Source: an uncultured SAR86 cluster bacterium | GTDB lineage: Bacteria; Pseudomonadota; Gammaproteobacteria; Magnimaribacterales; D2472 | Length of the DNA: 64,000 bases | Assembly: GCA_905181645.1 (NCBI GenBank) | Contig: CAJIYN010000001.1 | Coordinates: forward strand, 696,691-760,690 | Direction of reading: 5' to 3' | Program-made: the position numbers and the translations under genes | Shown: positions 40,432-48,838 of the stretch, in pieces | Layout: each line of letters begins with the position of its first letter | Position numbering within the stretch: the stretch's first letter is position 1 | The notes under the pieces: generated by a model | What the model saw: the letters and a program-made list of their open reading frames with translations, nothing else | What the model was told of the DNA's origin: nothing | The model's database searches: none

Positions 40432-40507
40432 GTCCCGTTCGTCTAGAGGCCTAGGACACCGGGTTTTCATCTCGGCAACAGGGGTTCGACTCCCCTACGG
40501 GATACCA
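40432..40507 (+). tRNA. tRNA-Glu(TTC)
   Basis: 76 nt, GTCCCGT..ACGGGATACCA, CCGGG-TT-TTC-AT-CTCGG anticodon arm; TATAAT at 40412. Confidence 0.96.
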
Positions 40508-40517
40508 TCTTTCTAAG

Positions 40518-40541
40518 AAGCCTACATTAGTGGGCTTTTTT
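40518..40541 (+). terminator. intrinsic terminator after tRNA-Glu
   Basis: AAGCCTAC-loop-GTGGGCTT followed by a T run. Confidence 0.75.
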
Positions 40542-40559
40542 ATGCCTTTAAGAAAAAAA

Positions 40560-40668
40560 TGTAGTCATATAAGCTTAAATTGTAGTCAGTATTTAAGCTA
40601 AATTACACACCAATTATTTCAGAAAAGTAGTCACAAAGTCTAAAAACTGTAGTCATATTGCAGTCATT
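40560..40668 (+). repeat. five direct copies of (T/A)G(T/C)AGTCA, resembling integrase arm-type sites
   Basis: copies start at 40560, 40581, 40626, 40648, 40659; copy 2 is flanked by inverted AGCTTAAAT/ATTTAAGCT. Confidence 0.8.
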
Positions 40669-40677
40669 CCTTGGCAA

Positions 40678-40751
40678 GGGGTGGGGCAGGAGTGCCATAC
40701 CGGGTGGGTGGTATATATATAGTGGTCGAGTATTTTGAGAAGTTATTGGGT
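40678..40751 (+). repeat. G-rich direct repeat, copy 1
   Basis: GGGGTGGGGCAGGAGTGCCATACCGGGTGGGTGGTATATATATAGTGGTCGAGTATTTTGAGAAGTTATTGGGT. Confidence 0.92.
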
Positions 40752-40756
40752 GTTAA

Positions 40757-41440
40757 CTAGATTTCAACTACTACCGGAACATGGTCACTTAATTTAATCC
40801 AATCATCATAAGAGCCTATCTCAATACTTTTAGGATTCAAGCCTTTCAAAAATACATAATCAATATGATAGGTCTTATCCCTTTTCTTTGTGTGATATAG
40901 AGTTGCACATTCTTCAGTTCCAAAATCCTCATTATTCAATTTGTGATAACAGCTTTTAAATCCCATGGATTCTAAGACTGCATTAGTATTCCCGAAGTTA
41001 GAATCTTTATTGCCTTTATCCCAAATAACAGAATTATTAAAATCACCTGAGATTATTGCTTTATCAGAACCTTCTAACCAATTTTTATAGTACTTAATAG
41101 CTTCACTTACATGTCCAATATGTCCTTCTCCAAATCTACCTGCAGCCCTGTGAGTGAATGACCATGTTGCTAGAAGCCTTGTGCCATTGTCTAGATTAAG
41201 CGGAAGGAAGTAATCCAACTTATCATTAAAAGATTTATCTACCTTGGCTGTATTATTAAAAAGAACTACTCCTATACCTTTATTTTTTGTATGACCAGTC
41301 CAGTAATACTTAGCATTCGGAAAGAAATCTTCTGGCAGTTCTTCACATTCTTGAATTATTAAAATATCAGGATTAAGTCTATTAATTTCTTCAAATTTCT
41401 TTGACAAATTAAGACAGCAATTCCAGGTTATTAATTTCAT
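40757..41440 (-). CDS. endonuclease/exonuclease/phosphatase (EEP) family protein
   Basis: LITWNC, PDILIIQEC, ISGDFN, YHIDYVF, LSDHVPVVVE catalytic motifs. Confidence 0.9.
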   Translation of the reverse strand: MKLITWNCCLNLSKKFEEINRLNPDILIIQECEELPEDFFPNAKYYWTGHTKNKGIGVVLFNNTAKVDKSFNDKLDYFLPLNLDNGTRLLATWSFTHRAAGRFGEGHIGHVSEAIKYYKNWLEGSDKAIISGDFNNSVIWDKGNKDSNFGNTNAVLESMGFKSCYHKLNNEDFGTEECATLYHTKKRDKTYHIDYVFLKGLNPKSIEIGSYDDWIKLSDHVPVVVEI

Positions 41441-41469
41441 AACTTATCCTAAACAATATCAGACGCAAT

Positions 41470-42359
41470 ATTTTGAAAAAGACTTAATAAAAATTGAAGG
41501 TCTAGATTATGAGAATCTAAAGTTTAAGGTAGTTCGTCATAAGATGAATAGTAAAGAGTGGGAAGACTTTGATAACTTAATCAGATTTGATAATGAAATG
41601 CTTTCTGCTTTTGCAGGAAGTCAATCAAGACAGGTCTATAAAGATGCAGATATCATCCTTACGTTTGTTGCTTTGCCAGGTACAAAAGCTTTATTTAGAA
41701 CAGCTCATATCAATCACGGACAAATTTCTTTCAATCAATATAAAAAATACTACAGTGGATATAAATCCTTCTTGAACTATATAAAGATTAACAACATCGA
41801 AGGAGGAACTCTTGAATACCTTCACTATTACAAGCTTGAAAACTCTCAGCTTCTAGAAAGTTATAAAAACAGACTGGTAATTGAATGGGGAAGGTCAACA
41901 GTATCATGGGTTCAGTCTGGTATTGAAAAGGAAGTAACAGAAATTTATCCAAAAGGCTTTGTTTCATTGTTTCCGGGTTGGGATAAAGTTCATCTTTCAC
42001 ATAAGGAGCTATCAGAAATAATAAATAACCCCAACGGTAATAAAGATTGGTATGAGTACTTGTCTAGACATTCGGGTGTATATGTAATCTTTGATTCATC
42101 AACAGGCAATCAGTATGTTGGTTCAGCATCTGGCGGAAAGGGTATCTGGTCAAGATGGGAGGGCTATGTAAAGACAGGACATAATGGAAATAAAGGGTTA
42201 AAGGCTCTTGCTAAAAATAACCTAGACTTTGCTAACAACTTTACCTACTCGCTGCACCATGTCTTTCCTAAGACAGTTAGTAAGAATGATGTTTTATACT
42301 ATGAGTCATTATTAAAAAATAAACTTGGCTCTAGAGCTTTTGGATTAAACGAAAACTAG
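41470..42359 (+). CDS. GIY-YIG nuclease family protein (frame is open upstream of the 41544 ATG)
   Basis: N-term KVVRHK, NRLVIEWG, FPGW, GVYVI..QYVGSASG..GIWSRW, GHNGNKGL, KLGSRAFGLNEN. Confidence 0.88.
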
Positions 42360-42431
42360 GCGGGGCAGATGACCATAGGGGGTGGGGTGGGTATATATCT
42401 AGTGGTCGAGTATTTTGAGAAGTTATTGGGT
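42359..42431 (+). repeat. G-rich direct repeat, copy 2
   Basis: GGCGGGGCAGATGACCATAGGGGGTGGGGTGGGTATATATCTAGTGGTCGAGTATTTTGAGAAGTTATTGGGT; last 32 bp identical to copy 1, offset 1680 bp. Confidence 0.92.
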
Positions 42432-42546
42432 TTTCTATTAGATTGCTTTTTAAGCTTATCAATCATTCCTTCTAATTCACTGTTCTTCTTATCCATTTTA
42501 GTTTTGTACCCATAAAGAGTATATAAATGTACCCATGATTGATATT

Positions 42547-43128
42547 TTATTCACCTCCGCCGCCAATTGCGCCTCCATCAGCTGAAGCTGCAGCAGCAGC
42601 TATAGCAATAGAAGAGAATAAAGCAATTTGATCAACTCCATTTCCAAGTCCAAAAGTCAAATGATCTTTAGCAAAGTTTGCTAATTCTGGCGCCTCTATG
42701 CATTTGCCAGAATCAATTTGTACATGGAAGGATTTTTTCTTCGATAATATATAAATCTTATCTTTTGCTACTGTTAGGATATAGGTTGATGAGTCATACC
42801 ATTTTTTAAATTTAGTTTGAAAAAGTAATTTACCTGATATTCCGCATAATTTGCATACAGCACCTTTAGCATTAGTAAAAAAGATGTCTCCTTTATGATA
42901 TTGCGGAACAATCCAACATCCAATGTCTGTTGCTGCCCATATTTGATTGCCTGTTTGAGAATCTAGAAGGTAATGGGTATATTTCCCCCATATAGTTGAA
43001 CTTTGAACCAAGACATTATTACCGCAGGTAGAAATTATAGATGGAGAGCCCTCAATAGCCTTACCCCAGACTGATTTTTGAGTATCTAGGTTAAATCTAG
43101 CAACGGAATTTTTTTGACCTAAAAACAA
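42547..43128 (-). CDS. PQQ-like beta-propeller repeat protein with Ala/Gly tail
   Basis: LDSQTGNQIW-type blade motifs; C-terminus AAAAASADGGAIGGGE. Confidence 0.6.
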   Translation of the reverse strand: MFLGQKNSVARFNLDTQKSVWGKAIEGSPSIISTCGNNVLVQSSTIWGKYTHYLLDSQTGNQIWAATDIGCWIVPQYHKGDIFFTNAKGAVCKLCGISGKLLFQTKFKKWYDSSTYILTVAKDKIYILSKKKSFHVQIDSGKCIEAPELANFAKDHLTFGLGNGVDQIALFSSIAIAAAAASADGGAIGGGGE

Positions 43129-43247
43129 TTAGAAGGGTTGTTTTGTAGCGTGAATCTGACCAGAATAAAAACGGTAAGAGAACTAAGCAAAGCAATTGTT
43201 TAACTAGCTAGTTAAATTTTTTTAAATATTATTGAAGGGGAATTTCA

Positions 43248-43625
43248 ATGAATAAGACTCTAATCGCTCTTGCGATCACTGCTGCTCATCATGAAGAAGA
43301 GAAGGTTGCAGCCCAAGGAATGATTTCATCAGATGTCTTTGATCTTGCTGGAGAAATGGATTTATATGTTGAAAAATATGAATCGTGCGGTCAAGCCGAT
43401 GGAAAAGAACATTTTCATCCATATGGAACAGTTGTTTATGTCTTAGATGGCGAGACTACAACAAATTCGTCCGGTTCATTTGAGCCAGTAAAGAAAGACG
43501 AATATTGGTTTGAAAGATCAAATTGGGTTCACGGTGGTGTAGATCCAGACTCTCCAGAAGTAGACGATACTCAATGCAGAAAGATGTTAGTTATTCGAGT
43601 TGCAAAAAAAGGTGAATCTCCTTAG
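43248..43625 (+). CDS. secreted cupin-domain protein
   Basis: signal-like start; HFHPYGTVVYVLDGE and WFE..WVH cupin motifs. Confidence 0.75.
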   Translation: MNKTLIALAITAAHHEEEKVAAQGMISSDVFDLAGEMDLYVEKYESCGQADGKEHFHPYGTVVYVLDGETTTNSSGSFEPVKKDEYWFERSNWVHGGVDPDSPEVDDTQCRKMLVIRVAKKGESP

Positions 43626-43643
43626 GTTGCTGAGATAAGAGAA

Positions 43644-44385
43644 TCAAAAGTTACTTAGCCTTTTATTAATAATGCTGTCAGCCTCGGTCATAATGGAATC
43701 AATTAAGTCTTTAACGGTAGGTATATCGCTAACTAATCCTGCAACCATGCCGCATGACCAAGCCCCTACTTCCATCGTGCCCTCATGCATAATTTTTGGG
43801 TAAACCCCAGCCACTTCATCAACAATATCTTCAAATCTTAACTTGTCGCCAAGAGCTTTTTCTTTTTCCATGAGGCGCTCAACAGCATCGTTATTTAATA
43901 CTCTCTCTGTGTTAGTTAAAGAACGCATAATTAATCTTGTATCTAACTTCGCTAGCATTCACAATTGCATCTTTAACATTCTGATGCACCGGAGCATCTT
44001 GCGTTGCAATAAATCTAGTGCCCATATTTATTCCATCTGCACCAAGTGCTAAGGCGGCAACTAATTGCTGACCATTGCCCATGCCTCCAGAAGCAACAAA
44101 TGGAATTTTTAATTCTTCTGCTGCTCGTGGCAACAAAATCATATTTGGTATATCGTCTTCACCCGGATGACCACCACATTCAAACCCATCAACACTAGCG
44201 GCATCACAACCAATTTTTTCTGCTTTTAAAGCGTGACGTACAGAAGTACATTTATGAATAACTTTAATTCCCGCACCTTTAAGAGCTCCCATATACTTTT
44301 CTGGACTCCTACCTGCTGTTTCAACAATCTTAATTCCACCTTTAATTATTGCATCTATATAACCTGGGTAATCAGGTTCAACAAA
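43644..44385 (-). CDS. nitronate monooxygenase family flavoprotein (frameshifted, 5' end missing or replaced)
   Basis: IVETAG, KVIHKCTSVRHA, DGFECGGHPGEDD, GINMGTRF, WSCGMVAGL. Confidence 0.88.
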
Positions 44386-44550
44386 ACCAGGAAGAAGATG
44401 TAAAAAAATTAGATCAGTGGATTCTTTTTATTCAATATCTAGACCTTTTTTGGAGAAAATCGATAGAAAAATTAGCACCTATTTATAAAGATAAAATGGA
44501 TATATCCGCTCTAGAAAAAAAACTGTCTTTATTAAGTTAACTGATTAAGT

Positions 44551-45348
44551 TTAATTTTTTTCATCGCCTTCCATAGGAGTTAGAAAATCTTCATATTGCT
44601 TTTGCAGTCTTTGCATTCCTCCAATCCATCTATCTCGATCGTTTGCTTTTCTTTGCATATATTCTGTTACTTCTTGATGAGGTAGAACTAGAAAACGCTC
44701 TTCCTTTATTGCGTCTAATACATCATTTGCCACAACATCCGCTTCAAGCATTCCATCTACTCCTGCAACACCAGGGCCTTGTTCGGTCATAGCTGTTCTA
44801 ACTGCCTGAGGGCATAGACAAGAAACTCCTATTCCTTTGTTACCATATGTAATTTTAATCCACTCAGCAAAGCTTACAGCCGCTGCTTTCGTAACAGAAT
44901 ATCCAGCAGCACCCAGTTGAGTTAATAAGCCTGCTGCAGAAGAAGTGTTTACTAAATAACCTTCGCCCCTTTCTATCATCTGAGGCAAAACATGCTTAGC
45001 CGCATGAATATGAGACTGAACATTTACACCCCAAATATGATTCCAATCAGCAGTATCGGCTTCAAAAAAACCGGGTTTGCCACCGATACCAGCATTAGAA
45101 CAAAAAATATCAATACCACCTGAGAGTTCATTAGCCTCGCTAATAACATTAATAATATCCTGCTCGTTTGAAACATCAGCAGCAACTGCGAGACCCCCAA
45201 TAGTATCTGCAGTTTCCCTTGCTCCATCAATATTCATATCAACACATACTATAGACTTTGCACCAGATTCTTTAAAAGCAATACATAAAGCTTTACCAAT
45301 CCCGCTAGCAGCACCTGTAACTACGACTCTTTTATCTTTAATTTCCAT
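44551..45348 (-). CDS. short-chain dehydrogenase/reductase
   Basis: TGAASGIG, SNAG, YSVTK. Confidence 0.93.
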   Translation of the reverse strand: MEIKDKRVVVTGAASGIGKALCIAFKESGAKSIVCVDMNIDGARETADTIGGLAVAADVSNEQDIINVISEANELSGGIDIFCSNAGIGGKPGFFEADTADWNHIWGVNVQSHIHAAKHVLPQMIERGEGYLVNTSSAAGLLTQLGAAGYSVTKAAAVSFAEWIKITYGNKGIGVSCLCPQAVRTAMTEQGPGVAGVDGMLEADVVANDVLDAIKEERFLVLPHQEVTEYMQRKANDRDRWIGGMQRLQKQYEDFLTPMEGDEKN

Positions 45349-45363
45349 ATCACTATCCTTTTA

Positions 45364-46362
45364 TTAAAATTTCACAACTGGTGGCATCGAATAAGGCCAT
45401 AGCATTTCTTCATCATCTAGATTATTACTAATAAAAATCCAAGTGAAGCATTTTGCTTGATAGTTAAAAGTTTTTTGTTTCCAAGTAGATCCATTAATTT
45501 CAGCTTCCCATGTATCAGCATTCTGTTTAATCGCTTTGTCTTTCATTAACCTGAAATGCTCTTCTTTTAAAATATCTTTAAGAGTTTGAGGACTATCTTC
45601 CAGACTTGTCCAATTTAATTGCTCTGGATCAATACCAGTTAAATCCTCCATCACATCTACCCATGCAACACTTCTAGATGAGATTTCATGAGCAATTTTT
45701 CTTGAAGTTGGATCAAAGCCAACAAGTTGTGTGAGCTGACCATAGATAGCAAAGTCTGCTGAGGAGGGTTTATCGCCAAAGAGGAAAGGACTTATTAATA
45801 AATGAGCTTCCATTAATTTTAAAAATCTTTTGTAACTTGAATCAATTAATGCAGCAGTTTTATCGCTTGAGCCTACAACCCAAAGTCTATCAATTTGTCT
45901 TTTAGCAACAATAGATTTGAAGTCTGAATGGATATCCTTGGGAAGATTTACCGCATGGCTTAATGGAAGAATTGTTCCAGCATTATCTGCATCTTCTTCA
46001 AAATGCCATCTATAATGAAACATATATTTGGTAACCCACTCATCACCAAAGTCTTCTAATAAATAATTTATAAAAGCTAGAGCAGGGTCATTTGGAACTA
46101 TCCTTCTTTCAGTAAATTCATTTTCTAATCTTCTTATAATTGGAGTAGTGTCAGTTGTTGCAATGTAATCATTTTCTTCATTTTTTAAAAGTACCGTAGG
46201 CAATAAAATAGGACGTGGTGGCTCTATACCTAATTTTGCAAGATGAGTAGCAACATCACCCCAATGGACTTCATATGGAATATGCTTATATCTTAAAATA
46301 GATAACATTTTGCGCGTATAAGGCGAATTAGCTACGCCAATAATTTTTATTCTCTCAACCAT
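45364..46362 (-). CDS. glutathione S-transferase family protein
   Basis: SPYTRK, DTTPIIRRLE, EDFGDEW, FLFGDKPSSADFAIYGQL. Confidence 0.88.
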   Translation of the reverse strand: MVERIKIIGVANSPYTRKMLSILRYKHIPYEVHWGDVATHLAKLGIEPPRPILLPTVLLKNEENDYIATTDTTPIIRRLENEFTERRIVPNDPALAFINYLLEDFGDEWVTKYMFHYRWHFEEDADNAGTILPLSHAVNLPKDIHSDFKSIVAKRQIDRLWVVGSSDKTAALIDSSYKRFLKLMEAHLLISPFLFGDKPSSADFAIYGQLTQLVGFDPTSRKIAHEISSRSVAWVDVMEDLTGIDPEQLNWTSLEDSPQTLKDILKEEHFRLMKDKAIKQNADTWEAEINGSTWKQKTFNYQAKCFTWIFISNNLDDEEMLWPYSMPPVVKF

Positions 46363-46470
46363 AAATATTCCATATAAGATAGTTACGTTGATATATTAAA
46401 GTAACTAAAAAAGTTAAACAAATTGAATTGTTTTTAACAAATTAAATGAAGAAACTCATGATAAAATCCT

Positions 46471-46917
46471 TTGATGATAAAAGTTACAGAAAATAAGATA
46501 TGGCATGATTCTATTGATTCTCAAGATAGTTATGGGGCAATGGTTAATATGGATAAACACCTAGGTGTAGAAATTATAGAAATTGGTGATGATTATGTTA
46601 TTGCGAAGATGCCAGTATCAGAAAAAACTAAACAGCCTTTTGAGATTCTTCATGGAGGTGCTTCATGTGTTCTTGCAGAAACAGTTGGAAGTATAGGAGC
46701 AAACCTTGTTCTCGATAATAATACTCATATTGCAGTTGGCCTTGAGATTAATGCAAATCATCTTGGGTCAGTAAGGGAGGGTTTTGTTTATGGAAAAGCT
46801 ACTGCAGTACATATTGGAAAATCAACATCTGTTTGGAATATAGACATCACAGATGACAGCGGCAAAAGAACATGTTTTTGTAGATTTACAGCTATGAACA
46901 AAGAGTTACGTATATGA
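46471..46917 (+). CDS. hotdog-fold thioesterase (PaaI/MenI type)
   Basis: QPFEILHGGASCVLAETVGS, VGLEINANHL. Confidence 0.92.
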   Translation: MMIKVTENKIWHDSIDSQDSYGAMVNMDKHLGVEIIEIGDDYVIAKMPVSEKTKQPFEILHGGASCVLAETVGSIGANLVLDNNTHIAVGLEINANHLGSVREGFVYGKATAVHIGKSTSVWNIDITDDSGKRTCFCRFTAMNKELRI

Positions 46918-47222
46918 AGCAACTATTTATTTTGTTAGGTATATTGCTTTCAGTTAATGCTTTTAGCAATGGCTTAAAAGAGGCCATTATTATTGATGTA
47001 AGATCAGAAGCAGAGTGGAACCAGGGACATCTTTCTAGAGCTCAAAGAGTTAACTGGGATGATATTTCAAATGAAATCGCAACAGATAGCCCCTGATAGA
47101 AAATGGAAAAAATAATTCTTTATTGTAGATGATTCCTGGAGCTGGAAAAGCCATGAAAGATGTAGATATAGATGATGATGCATTTAAGCATCTGAAGCGT
47201 ACAACTGTAATTCATGGCTAAT
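46914..47222 (+). CDS. secreted rhodanese-like protein (frameshifted, 3' end garbled)
   Basis: IIDVRSEAEWNQGHL; IILYCR in another frame. Confidence 0.7.
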
Positions 47223-47247
47223 ACGATAAAGTGGTAACAGATTAATC

Positions 47248-47841
47248 ATGAACTATAAGTTTCTATTTCTTATTTTTCTTGTTCCTAGTTTACATGCTCA
47301 ATCAACAACAAAAGTTATTTGTGAGCTTGAAGGAACCTACTCTATAACTTATGAAGATGTTACTAAGAACTATTTATCTGAAGGCATCGAGCTTTTTAGA
47401 AACCTTGCAGTTCAAACTCAACAATCTATTTTTCTTTTACAGAAAGCTAAAAGCAATTTTGCTGAAGAATTTTGGCAAAAAGATCCAATTACAGTCACCC
47501 AGTATTGGGAGATAAATAAAAAAGATGACACCATGGTTAAGCTAAATTATATTTTTGAACCATCACCAACCTGGATTAACCCTGAAGCTAAATGGGTTGA
47601 AAATAATACAGATAAAGGTATAGAAATATTAACAACAATGCTGCCTGATGAAATCCATCCTGTATTTACAGATTTTAAAGTTGATTTATACCGTGTCAGT
47701 AATTCGATTAACTGGTATACAGGAAAAGGTAGAATTGATGCTGATATTTGGTTAAAAAAAACCGATGGTACTAAAAATAAAAATCCTAAAGTAGAGATTC
47801 AAGCTTCAGGAAAATGTGGTCCACAAAAAAGAAAATTTTAA
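47248..47841 (+). CDS. hypothetical secreted protein
   Basis: signal peptide (SLHA|Q), one Cys near each end, C-terminal GKCGPQKRKF. Confidence 0.7.
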   Translation: MNYKFLFLIFLVPSLHAQSTTKVICELEGTYSITYEDVTKNYLSEGIELFRNLAVQTQQSIFLLQKAKSNFAEEFWQKDPITVTQYWEINKKDDTMVKLNYIFEPSPTWINPEAKWVENNTDKGIEILTTMLPDEIHPVFTDFKVDLYRVSNSINWYTGKGRIDADIWLKKTDGTKNKNPKVEIQASGKCGPQKRKF

Positions 47842-47907
47842 GATTTTGAACTTTTTATTATAAAACCAATCTATATTAGTAATATATTTTATATAAATAG
47901 CGTAATT

Positions 47908-48351
47908 ATGAAACATACATTAATCCTCACAATATTACTTTCAATGCCCCTTTTTGCAGTTTCAGCTGAGCAAGATAAAAGAGTTATGGAAAGATTAAGA
48001 GTAGATATAGCAGAGCTCAAAGGTGCGCCAAGCGTTGAGCAGATTGTCGAAAAGCAAAAAGAAGCGGCTGATGACCTTCTTTTAGTTATCAACTCTGGAA
48101 GATATGAGGGAAAGCGACTTGCTTATTTACAACAAGTTCATAATCAGATGCTACTTCGTCCAGAACCTACTCAGGCCGAAGTTAATAGAACTCATGCCGC
48201 AATGATTGAGCATATGAGCAACAATCAGAGAGATAATATAAAAAATAATTCATCTAACCAAAATAATAATTTTCGTGAGCAGCAAATTAAGATGCGTGAA
48301 ATGAGACAAACAATGAAACGAGATTCAGCAACTAATCCAAGCACCCCGTAA
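47908..48351 (+). CDS. hypothetical secreted helical protein, paralog A
   Basis: signal peptide; SGRYEGKRL..PEPTQA; ends STP. Confidence 0.75.
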   Translation: MKHTLILTILLSMPLFAVSAEQDKRVMERLRVDIAELKGAPSVEQIVEKQKEAADDLLLVINSGRYEGKRLAYLQQVHNQMLLRPEPTQAEVNRTHAAMIEHMSNNQRDNIKNNSSNQNNNFREQQIKMREMRQTMKRDSATNPSTP

Positions 48352-48397
48352 TTAAATATAGTTTATAATATTTCAATAATTTAAGGAGACTACAGCC

Positions 48398-48802
48398 ATG
48401 ACTTTAAAAAACCTACTAACTTTATGTATTACTTTTTCTTTATTTGCATCTTCGCAACTTGAAGCTTCTGGACCATCAACAGTTGAAGATGAGTTAGCTA
48501 AAGTGACGATTACTGTTTTCAGAAATGTTTTCAATAGATTCTGGTAAATATTCAGGTAAGCAATTAGTACCTACAAAGACTTTCATCAAAAAATTCTTGA
48601 TTTCCCTATTCCTACTCAAGCTCAACTAGATTCGAGATATACAAATAATCAAGAAAAGATAGCGCAATCTATTATTGACAGAGAAACTCAAAGAATGGCC
48701 ATACTTCCCATGAATGCAGATAATATGGAAAAGAGGGCTGATGCGATCGATAGAAATGCTAGAGCAGACAGTAGAGGTGCTGGATCCTCAACACCAGATT
48801 AA
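48398..48802 (+). CDS. hypothetical secreted protein, paralog B (frameshifted, absent from ORF track)
   Basis: AAGGAG RBS; MTLKNLLTLCITFSLFASSQLEA; SGKYSGKQL..PIPTQA; ends STPD. Confidence 0.7.
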
Positions 48803-48838
48803 GCTTAACTTTTTATTTCTTTTTAAAGGATCTTTGTA

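Noticed and set aside
40560-42431. CRISPR array or integron attC interpretation of the repeats
   Set aside because: Only two long copies 1.7 kb apart, no regular 30-40-bp spacers, no cas or intI gene, and no RYYYAAC..GTTRRRY inverted-core structure within the repeat.
44349-44540. Small ORF between nitronate monooxygenase and SDR
   Set aside because: It occupies the place of the missing monooxygenase 5' end and is most likely another foreign patch.
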